Made by a program: the position numbers and the translations under genes. Positions 52,154 to 64,000 of a stretch of 64,000 nucleotides of DNA are shown piece after piece (the first letter of the stretch is position 1; every line of letters starts with the position of its first letter). The notes beneath the pieces were generated by a model, which was not told where the DNA came from, searched no databases, and saw only the letters and a list, made by a program, of their open reading frames with translations. The DNA lies in NCBI RefSeq assembly GCF_037042905.1, contig NC_087245.1, forward strand, positions 18,230,001 to 18,294,000, read 5' to 3'. The stretch is from Lytechinus pictus. Its lineage: Eukaryota.

Positions 52154-52727
52154 CCCGGGGAGGGGGGCCACTTACATTGACGAGTGGATACCATGCGCGA
52201 CCAAAAAAACACGCAAAAAGGATGTCTTTTTCAAGATAGGGCACGTTACGTACGTAACGTGATAAGGGTGTCAAAAACACAAAAAATAATGAAAAAAAGA
52301 GTATCTATTTCGCTAGGAAAGCTACGTGTTTAGGGTCAAATTTGCGGGGATGATGAAACAAAATTAAAATGTTGTATAAATGATGTCCTTTTTGCCCCAA
52401 CACTACGTGTTTAGAGTCCCGATTTGCGCGAGGTGAGGAAAGTGGGGCCGTATAAACCAAATGGTGTGTAAATTAGGTAAAACCGACGACCGACGGACAC
52501 GTGACACAACAATAAAATATCGCTGTTTACTTGTTTAGGGGTTCATTTCAGGGAATACTTGCCAAGAGTATAGTTTTGTTTCCAATACTTGTTAAGGGTA
52601 GGGTTTCAGAAACCAATACTTGTTAAGGGGTGCATTTTCAGAATATGGAAAATACGTGTTTATGGTGCTTTTCGAGACCCCGTGGTCGCGCATGGTATCC
52701 ACTCGTCAATGGAAGTGGCCCCCCGGG
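52154..52727. mobile_element. MITE with CCCGGG ends and 8-bp TSD
   Basis: TIR GGCCACTTACATTGACGAGTGGATACCATGCGCGACC / GGTCGCGCATGGTATCCACTCGTCAATGGAAGTGGCC; perfect TSD ATGCTGGG (52146-52153, 52728-52735). Confidence 0.9.
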
Positions 52728-52895
52728 ATGCTGGGCTTGTCGATTGCAGCCATCTATCGATAAAACAATGATGACGGATGGCAAAAACAATGGACATAAT
52801 GGCTTTCAAGGTATCATGCATTTTTTGACAGGATTCCTAAGTTGGTGGCAACAATGAATACAGACATGTACACAACCACCGCTGACCACACTTAC

Positions 52896-53009
52896 CGTAA
52901 GCAGTATTAACAGGACATCGTTCGGCGGATTCAGCCTGAGTACTGGTCATCGCTGATGACCACGTGAAATTCTCTCCTCCTATCGTGGTCCTTTCGGATG
53001 GACATCTCG
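52896..53009 (-). CDS. Gene 2 exon: hormone-receptor (HormR)-like domain, first half (absent from ORF track)
   Basis: Acceptor aatttcag, donor G|GTAAGT, 114 nt, phase 1-1; ARCPSERTTIGGENFTWSSAMTSTQAESAERCPVNTAY (C...W...CP pattern). Confidence 0.85.
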
Positions 53010-53191
53010 CTGAAATTACCCAACATTAGCACAAAAAAGCTATTATTTTTCCATAATGTGAAAATAATGAAATTGTCACTATTGTAACAGGGCTCTGAGG
53101 TAAATCAGAATCTAGGTAATTGCCATAAAAGGCAAGTTCATACTAAACTGCTAAAGGGAAATCTTTATGAAACAGGCACCATGAAGGTGGG

Positions 53192-53311
53192 CAGTGGCGG
53201 ACCGTGACCCGGAGGAGACAAAGCATTGGGGGGGGGGGGGGACAGCATTTTTCACAAACAATACAGTGCCCCTCCAATGCTTTGTTTCCTCCGGGTCACG
53301 GTCCGCTACTG
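53192..53311. mobile_element. 120-bp hairpin hAT-like MITE
   Basis: CAGTGGCGGACCGTGACCCGGAGGAGACAAAGCATTGG / CCAATGCTTTGTTTCCTCCGGGTCACGGTCCGCTACTG; TSD AAGGTGGG/AAGGGGGG. Confidence 0.88.
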
Positions 53312-54492
53312 AAGGGGGGGGGGAGAACTTCCCTGATTTGCGTTTTGTAAGGTTGTTGATAAGTTACCCACTACTGTGATCCAGGCAGGGAGGTGTTTTA
53401 TAAAGCTGTTCGTAAGATACGACTGGTGAACCTCTTTTGCGCTAAATAACACATAAGAACATGTTCTCGACATGCGTAAAAGTGTGCGTGGCTTTACAAA
53501 CAGCTTTATGAAATGCCCAACCCGTCCGTCTATTAAATGATTAAGAGACACACCAGATATAATTTCCTACAACTTTTATTTATCAAATTCTGGGCAAATG
53601 ATTAACTCTGGATACAGATTTTAACAAGCATAAGAAAAAGAACTCAACTTCAGCTGATGAAATCAAAATTTATTAAGAATGTGAATATGCTCTCACAGGT
53701 CACTAGTATTAACCATGAGTCAAGAGCATCTTTACAAAACGGCCACAAGTGTGTTTTGAAGAAGAAATTAATCGGAAGATTTCAAGGTGGACAACGTGTA
53801 TATGAAAGGCTACTCTGATATTCTAGAATCGTTCTGAAAGTATTTTTGTAGATGCCTTATAAAGCATCTTTAACTAGGAGAGCTCAGTCGACGGTGACCC
53901 GGGTTAGATTACCAGTATAAGTGCACCTATGCCCTTTGATATAAGTTATTTATCTTCATTACTACACACATCGAAGAGGACCTCACCCCGTTTGTCATTT
54001 GGTTGCTTACTAACAAGCAGTTATGCTTTATTAGCAATTTGTTTAAATAGGGAGTTTTCACAACACTACGTAGACGCTTTCTGGAATGTTGAGAATCTAT
54101 CGCCAAAAACCGTTTACAGAGCAGCATATGTTGAAAATCGGTGAATCAAAGCAGTAGTGTCGTCCTGCACTCTGGAAAAACGACATATTTGCAATTTTTC
54201 GTCAGCTCTGACCCTAAGAATATCTGCTGTCCATGTTCACCAATTTTCGACAAAGACCTTTAAGCTATTCATTGTGATTTGACGGGCATTTTCAATCATA
54301 AATCTACTAAGTTTTAGAAGCCGTTCCCGTTGCAAATATTAAAAAAACGCTATTAACACTACCACAACCAAGGTACCAACATCTACAAGAGGAACAGGTA
54401 TATTGTAAAATAAAACTCTTTCACTTAAAATATATGATACATCAAGGAAAGTGATAGATTAAAATTGATCCTAACTACGTCACTGTTCATAC

Positions 54493-54744
54493 CTTCAATG
54501 ACAGAAACCACAAAGTCACAACTGACGTTATTTCCTGCGAGGTCATTGACTACGTACGAGACATGGTGGTCACCAACAGCAAATCTTGTTCCAGGTTTGT
54601 GTGACCTGTGCCATGGCCATGAGATTCCAACGTTATCATCAGCTATTGGTTCATCCCACTGGACAAAGGTCGTATTTTCCCGAGAGGTTTCGATGTAACG
54701 ACGAATGCTGCGTGGGCAGTTCATGAAGCGTGGCGGTTCCGAAT
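54493..54744 (-). CDS. Gene 2 exon: HYR domain 4
   Basis: 252 nt, phase 1-1; DSEPPRFMNCP...VQWDEPIADDNVG...PGTRFAVG...DLAGNNVSCDFVVSV. Confidence 0.93.
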
Positions 54745-55561
54745 CTTAGAACAGAATGAAAAGTAGGATTAATCTGTGCATCATCAGATTCAAAGACCAA
54801 AAGATACAACCATAGAAGGAGAATATGATGTGATATCACTTGATCATTATCCTATAAAATATTTTTAAAATACCTCCTTATTGTATAGGGGGACATAGAA
54901 GATGGCAAACAAAATAAACAGTAGCCAACGAGCATATTCCTTTATAACATTTTCTATTATGCTGACAGTCCTTAAAATGCTGGGACTGGCAAAATCATGT
55001 TTGTCTGTAGACATTAGGAGATATTCAGAAACTTTGTAGGGTTGCTGAGGGTTTACCAATGTTTGTCTAGTGTGTGATGGTGTCTTTGACTAAACGTTGC
55101 TTCATGCTAAGACCCCTTTGGTCCTGATCTGATTTCTAATTTCCACCTATTCGTTCCTTCTCTTTTTTCTTTCCAGTATACGCATATATGATTAAGTCGA
55201 CAATTAAAAAAAAAAATCATTTCAAAGGGGTATCCACACTTTACAATCATTGCTTTTAGTGGACCCCATCATTTCCACTTATGCTCAAGTTACACTGCTT
55301 TTATATGAGGTAAGAATGTTCATCTGTAAAATTGTATCAGGTTTATATTACTTTGTATTATTTTGAATGGAAATGAAATAAAGAATTAAATTGAATAATT
55401 ATTATGTAACCAATAATAAACGATGTGTAGCTGGATCCTCCATGGCACCTTGAAGCTTTACGTGGTGATCTTTCCAAGACACGAAAAAATTACGAGTCTT
55501 ATAACAGTCTTCAAACACACTTAGGAGGGAAATAAACTAAACAATAGAACTAGAGCATTAC

Positions 55562-55801
55562 CTCTGACCTGAATTGTAAAGGTGCAATTCCCGATGTTAC
55601 CCGTGCCATCCCGCACAGAATAGGTGCGATTGGAGATGCCATAGATGAACACGCCATCTGTACCAGGATCTTTCATGATGATAGTACGACCTGAGTTGTC
55701 TGTTACAGTAGGACTCGACCAGGTCGCACGGGAATGCGAAGCACCGGGTATAGTATCCACAACAATGTCATCAGGGCATGTCACTTGAGGTGGTTCCCTG
55801 T
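55562..55801 (-). CDS. Gene 2 exon: HYR domain 3
   Basis: 240 nt, phase 1-1; DREPPQVTCPDD...TWSSPTVTDNSG...YSVRDGTGNIGNCTFTIQV. Confidence 0.93.
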
Positions 55802-55998
55802 CTGCAACATGAAAAAGATAATTCACATTTCTCGACCACTCTTTTTTAAGATAGCTTGAAAGGAATTTATAAATTTTCTTGTCTTGTTGATTTCTTGGAG
55901 ATCATCCCCAGATGTATATGGGGCTCGTTGTGTAGAAAATCTATTTAATGAATTTGTACTAAGCATGTAAACCAATACTGTCTTTTGAAGAATCTCAC

Positions 55999-56241
55999 CT
56001 TCAATCATTATACTGAACGAGCATGTTGCCTCATTGCCCGCTGAATCAGTTGCTGTGTATGCAATCGTGAATGACCCGATGCCATAGTAGGTACCAGGAA
56101 TAGCTTTGGTTGCTAGATCAACTTGACCAGAGTTGTCGATTGCAATAGGATCCACCCAGGACACCTGGGCCATGGCTCGACCAGGGTCAGTCGGAACGAA
56201 CATGTCGTCAGGGCATCCTTGAATGGTAGGAGGCTCCACAT
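55999..56241 (-). CDS. Gene 2 exon: HYR domain 2
   Basis: 243 nt, phase 1-1; DVEPPTIQGCPDD...VSWVDPIAIDNSG...YTATDSAGNEATCSFSI. Confidence 0.93.
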
Positions 56242-56686
56242 CTGACAAGAATAAGAAAAAAGACAAAGCCAAAGATGATTAATTCGTATACTGGTTGATC
56301 GTTTCATATATCAAAATTCAGTTGGGTACTTTTAGCTGGTTGCTTGCTTTGCAAGCTGTTGTGCTGATTGTTTGAATAGTCGAATGGTTGATATTAATTA
56401 TTTATGTTGCCTAGAGATTGATTTGTTATTTATAACACACAATATATTCATAGAAATGATATTTAGACCCTAAATCTACTTTTGATTATTTATTTTTATA
56501 TTTAATCATTTATCTATTTATTCATCTACCTTTTCAGGAGGTGGTCGATTGTACAAGACTGTTTCCATCATTTTTTCATCACCTTTATTGTATTTCATCT
56601 CTATGATCCTGACATAAACATTTCCCCTGTAAATTAACGACACCTTAAGACCCAATTACATTCGAATAGCATGAGCAATCCATCTT

Positions 56687-57186
56687 CCCGGGGGGGGGGC
56701 ACTCAGTACATTTTTAATTTTAATTTCCGTTCCAAGGCATAGCATTTTTGTCTTATTGAGAAAAAGAACAAAGAAAGCCGCTCCAAAGAATAGCATTTTC
56801 TTCTTATCGAGAAAAAAGAAGATAGAAATCCGCTCCAAAGCTTCGCATATTTTTCTTTACGCCGTTCCGGTTGCATTGATCTGCTACAATGAGCTGCAAT
56901 TTTGGTGAAAAGCGGCAGCAGAGCGCTGTCCGACCATCGCCTCTGCGCGAGCGCACCCGGCTCGCGGCCGGGCTAGCTGCATCATGCACGCATGCCCGTT
57001 CCATATATGCATACGCACTTACACGCTGGCGATCCGTTCCAAGGACCCCCGTTTTCACAAACATTTGTAGTTCCAAAGCCCGTTCCGAGGACCCTCCTTT
57101 TTACAATAAGCCCGCTCCAAGGCCCCCGTTTTTGTCTCGTCCGCGGCACACCCCTACCACTTTTTTGGTCGAGTGCCCCCCCCCGG
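56687..57186. mobile_element. MITE with CCCGGG-type ends and 8-bp TSD
   Basis: CCCGG(G)nCACTC ... GAGTG(C)nGG; perfect TSD TCCATCTT (56679-56686, 57187-57194). Confidence 0.88.
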
Positions 57187-57282
57187 TCCATCTTCTATCA
57201 CATCAATTTGATTTCATCCCTTTGGTCCTGATATACACATTTTTTCCCCTCTGAGAATCAGAGAAAACACCTTTATCAGACC

Positions 57283-59505
<2,223 letters not shown>

Positions 59506-59605
59506 ACAGACCCCATTACATTCAAATGGGATGCGAAATCCGTCTATGATATTATCAAACACTTAGAAACACTAGCCTTCGACAGTTACACTTGCAAATA
59601 CTAAC

Positions 59606-59848
59606 CTTCGACAGTTATCGTGAATACGCAAACTTCGGCCATTCCAAGCAGATCTGAAGCGTTGTACACGACATCTGTTTTCCCGAGGTTGAACCGATTG
59701 CCGGGTTCGTAGTATGAAAGCAAATGAATATCGCGTTGGTTATTGACCAGTGATGGCTTTTCCCATGATACCGTCGTATGGGTAGAGTTGAAGTCGGTAG
59801 GTACAGTTATATCTGATGGGCAAGGATCCTGGAGCGCGTATCTTTGAT
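59606..59848 (-). CDS. Gene 2 exon: HYR domain 1
   Basis: 243 nt, phase 1-1, GT-AG; CPSDITVPTD...VSWEKP...G.RF.LG.TDVVYNASD..G....CVFTITVE. Confidence 0.9.
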
Positions 59849-60231
59849 CTACGTAAGACAACAGACAAGACGATTACTGTATTTTAGGTAATCATCTTAT
59901 TAATTTTAGAATACTTATTACATTTCATATTTACTATGTACAAGGGCTGTTCAGCTTAATTATGTTTGAAACGTCACGGATTTGTGGATATAAAAACTAC
60001 GTGACATTAAAAAAGAGAACTACGTCAAACTACCGTCCTTCAAAACGAAACCATCTACAATTTTTCCTTAAACCCAAACACATTATCCGAGGACTATACT
60101 TCTACTGGCTCTAGAAACTTATTTGATTTATTGTATCTACCTATTTTCATGTATGCAATTTTACTGAATTAAAAAAAGAAAACGGTTTCAAGTTTCAAAT
60201 ATCATTTTAAAAAAATGACCAGCACTCTCAC

Positions 60232-60558
60232 CATCAAAGACCACATCAATAGAATGCATTTCATTTGCCCTGCTCAAATCAACGCAGGTGAATGTCCCGC
60301 CATCGGACGGGACTGGAGATGTGATCCTAATTTTTGTCATCTGTCGGCTTCCGTCCACTTCGTTCAGAATCACATGACGAGGTGATGTCTCTGAGATTTG
60401 ATTGGCCACCAACTCGGGCCTTCCACCTTGGTTGATGATACAAGAGATATCAACACTAGTGACGTAAGAGGTAAGATAGATGGCGTAAGAACCGTCACTG
60501 GTCGATGACTGCGGGAGACGTGGTGTCGTCGCCACCACTAACTGGACCTGCGTAGTTT
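60232..60558 (-). CDS. Gene 2 (adhesion GPCR) exon: Ig-like domain; most 5' exon confidently found
   Basis: Acceptor ccttttttccag, donor G|GTGAGA, phase 1-1; VDISCIIN...KIRITSPVPSDGGTFTCVD (Ig DxGxF/YxC pattern). Confidence 0.78.
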
Positions 60559-62318
60559 CTGGAAAAAAGGATTTTGAAAACCCAAATACATTAATAAATA
60601 CTGTTATGTAATTACAGCACGATAGTTTTATAAGACTCTGTTATTTTTCTTTCGTAACAGTAAGAGAATGTTACATAGAATGTTACATACACACACAACA
60701 ATAACAAATGGATTACGATGCTGACAAATCCCCCCCCCCCATTTTTTGGTTTGTAATATAGTTGTCACGATCTTCCCATTAGGCATCACGTTTAAAACGG
60801 ATCTCAGAGTGCAATATTCTGAAGAAGTGAGTAAGGATAATAATCAGGTGATATTTACGGTGCTTAACATTCTCAAGACATTTACGTATTGTTATGATCG
60901 AAAAGGGTTTTCCACATTTCATACGGTTTGCGAGGCAAACTACATTGAATTTTGCGTACTTTGGGGGTCTCCTTGAACCCTTGGATGGCGAGTAGTAGAT
61001 GGAGATGACTGTATTCAAGGACATCAAGGTTGTGGTGGGGATTCAGACTTTGATCCACAACGCCATTATCATCACCAAAACTGATAACTTCCCAGTTTAA
61101 GGCATGACGTTCAATTATAGAATGAATTATATCAAGTAATCTTGAAAGTAGTAAGAACTACATGTATACATCGATTCATTAAGTGAGTATCAACAAAAAA
61201 GTCATGTATCGATTAAGAAAATGTGTCTTTGGCATTGGACCTGACGTAGCGACAAGAATATTCATTCTAAATGTAGGAGATGTGAAACATACATCATAAA
61301 TAACATATTTTAACCCATGTCTGTATTATCCATCCCCTTTGATCAGTTCATATCATCAAGCTTATCCTTTCTGATGCAAGTTGCCCCAAATGACCGTAAT
61401 TGCTTGTTGATATTTAGACGCTCATTGAACGATTGGTGAAGCGGGAAACGTAATAGGTCGGAGAGTAATGTTTCAAGAAACATCCTGAAACATCATCCCT
61501 ATGTTTACACATTGACCTAGTAGTAGTTCCATGGTTTACCAAATCATTGCGCAGATGAAATGGCGAAATGAGTTTTTGAAAAATGGGGGCGGGGCAGAAC
61601 AGATCTTTCTTTCAAGAAAGATCAAGGCGACTGAGCCAAATATTTGACGGCTTAAAATTTAAAGTCTTAGTCGTGATAGTTGTGCAGAATTGAATATTAC
61701 ATATCCACAAAACATATTTTTTTATTTTTCCCTATTTCCTTTTATTTCCTCTCCTTTTACTCGGTTATGAAATTTGGTATTGCTATTTTTTCTATTCGTT
61801 TTCATTTTATGCCCCAAGCATTCCATCTGTACGCCAGATGGGCACTGTACAGATACATCTTTACGGTTTCATTACCATTGAATAGGTAGCCTGATGGTAA
61901 GGTCATTATGTTCACTGATTAATGGCACATACACCCTCTGGCTGACACAAACGAATCGTGAAAATATGAAAAGCAGATATTGCCATTTTCTTATTATCTT
62001 GAATTATAAACAAAATGTCAAACTCTAGAGAAATGGCTAATACCGTATGGATCCAAGCCCAGTGGCGTATCTAACATGTCTATAAAGGGATTCGGGCACG
62101 AACTCCGGGCGGCCAGGGCGATGATTCTTCTCAGAATCGCATAAGTTTACGTCGCTATAATATTTCTAATTCCAGAACTTTGGCGTATGTTGAATTTCAT
62201 AATGGAAAATGGATAGAAATCACCCAGGAGCCCTCCTCCCAGAAAACACATGTGTTCAGACACTTCAACGATATCTGTGACCTAAAACTAGTCAATTTCT
62301 TATAGCCGGGTACTCTTA

Positions 62319-62636
62319 AGGCGACCGCACACCTTACGACTGGTCTGCGACCCGATTTAGGAACTCCTTGCAAGCCCTTATTTTGGAGTAAAGTCCAAAT
62401 TAGGTTCAAATCGTAGCCAATCGTAAGACTGCTATGACGTCATTACGACTAGATATTAAATTCGCTTTTATTCTAAGAAGGATGATAGCATAGTCACAAA
62501 TTTGATCATAGGTATTCGTACGATGATTTCGAACATTACACAGTAAGATATTCCAAGTCTCAATATTAGCATCAAATTCTATTACATTTTATTCTGAAAT
62601 CGGGTCGCAGACCAGTCGTAAGGTGTGCGGTGGCCT
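62319..62636. mobile_element. PIF/Harbinger-like MITE (same family as 34976-35388)
   Basis: ~40-bp TIR AGGCGACCGCACACCTTACGACTGGTCTGCGACCCGATTT; flanked by TTA. Confidence 0.78.
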
Positions 62637-63674
62637 TTAAGTACTCTAACTGTAAAACTTGTAGTGGATAAAATCAAACCGGGTTGGTGTTTTTTTGTTG
62701 CAATTTTTAACTTTTTGAAGCACATTTTCCAGGACTTTTAGTTTTATAACATATCACAATCAGAAGTATTAAGACCTCGAAGCTCTGATTTCAAGCAAGC
62801 AAAATCAATGCTAACCAAAGCCTTTAATCGGCACCCAATTTGAGTTAGGAAGTCATTACTGTCATACAAAACTTATGGAGACTTCAGGAACGCTGGAACT
62901 GGAAAAATTCTCGAATATCGGAAGTTATCAGGTACATATTACAGAGCTAATCCTCTCGACTGTAACTTGACTATTTCCTGGACCAATTTTAAAACAATAA
63001 ACACGGGGTATTCATCGCTACCGTACAGGATATGAGCAGTCTATTGTTTGTAAAAAAAGTCACCCCAAGTTGGGCTCAAATTAAAGATAAATCAGAGAGA
63101 AGGCATCCATATTATTGTTTAAAGGGTACCCTCGAGTAAATAAGTGGGAGTACCATGTCATGATCTTGGCAAAATTTATCCGACATTAAGTCGATATTTC
63201 TGGAAATTGTAGGGATCGCTTAACGTCTTCAACAATAATCTATTTTGGTCGAAATAATTTTCACGTAAAAGTGAGGACACAACTGTAAGCTTGCCAATTG
63301 TTTTCCGGTGTACCCCTTTCACCCCACCTACTGACCACGAATGGACGCCCCCTATGCGTGACTCAATTCTAGAGGAGTAACTGGGTCTCTGATACCATGC
63401 CAGAAACAGTCAAGGTGATCTTTGCCTCAGAAGATTTAACACTCAGACGATAACAACCTTTGATAGTGTCGTGGCGGAAACGAGATTTAGGAGGGAATGC
63501 ACATTCGCTTCTTGATACTTTTATAAGGGTAACTACCATTACCAAGTTGGTTTTGAAAGAGAAGGAGAGCTTTAGTAAAATGGTACGATTCGGAAACCTC
63601 ATGGTGTATCAGAAGTAGGGGAAAAAAATAAAGGCATGCAGGAGTAGTAATAACTGCAAAAATATTCTGGATGA

Positions 63675-63920
63675 TAGCAATGGTAGTCATGATAGTAGTA
63701 GCAGCAGCAGCAGCAATAAATCAACAATCAAATGATATTTCGTAATAAAAGAAAAATCATCGACAAAAACTGCGAATGCAGCCATTTCAGTAAACAATCA
63801 TGATCATGAAGATGGAATTTGATACCATCGAATTCCATCTGTTTGGTAGGATAAGAAGCAGCAATATCAGTAGCAGAATTAGAAGTAGTGGCAGCAGCAG
63901 TAGATGTAGACATAGTAGAA
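63675..63920. repeat. Degenerate (AGC/AGT)n low-complexity tracts
   Basis: GTAGTAGCAGCAGCAGCAGCA and similar runs. Confidence 0.6.
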
Positions 63921-64000
63921 ATAATATGAAAATGTAGGGAAGAAATATAATACAATATATTTAATAGATGCATGACTAATTCATTGGTAACTGTATATTT

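Noticed and set aside
60960..61080. Possible additional upstream exon of gene 2
   Set aside because: Has a plausible GTACGC donor, but the longest open frame ends in phase 0 whereas phase 1 is needed. The phase-1 option is only about 49 nt with no recognisable domain, so it is left uncalled.
63369..63602. 77-aa minus-strand ORF as possible first exon of gene 2
   Set aside because: No convincing signal peptide with a compatible donor, and no recognisable homology

Overview
AT-rich, repeat-dense animal genomic DNA. It is probably an echinoid/sea urchin, inferred from the HYR-containing adhesion GPCR and the repeat types; I could not confirm this. I assembled two convergent secretin-class (class B) GPCR genes by hand from GT-AG splice sites with consistent phases. 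(1) A 3-exon + strand gene (15002-15104, 22141-24614, 30799-31125; about 967 aa): signal peptide, somatomedin-B-like domain, Cys-rich ectodomain and Methuselah-like 7TM, with no GPS. (2) A - strand adhesion GPCR with at least 16 coding exons (60558 down to 39372; about 1186 aa visible, 5' end not found): Ig-like, 4x HYR, HormR-like, GAIN/GPS (HL|TNFAVL) and 7TM. The rest is mostly nested mobile DNA: CR1/L2 LINE fragments, two tRNA-derived SINEs, TTAA-flanked, hAT-like, Harbinger-like, CACTA-like, Tc1-like, Academ-like and Helentron-like non-autonomous elements, and micro/minisatellites. The most unusual items are in the introns of gene 1: a 277-bp Penelope-like insert carrying a minimal hammerhead ribozyme, a 1.9-kb mosaic array of one MITE carrying RFX X-boxes, tRNA-like cassettes inside CACTA-like elements, and a TE-borne exon that would truncate the receptor after TM5. 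All family assignments come from pattern recognition; no database searches were run. Most short ORFs in the supplied track are spurious.
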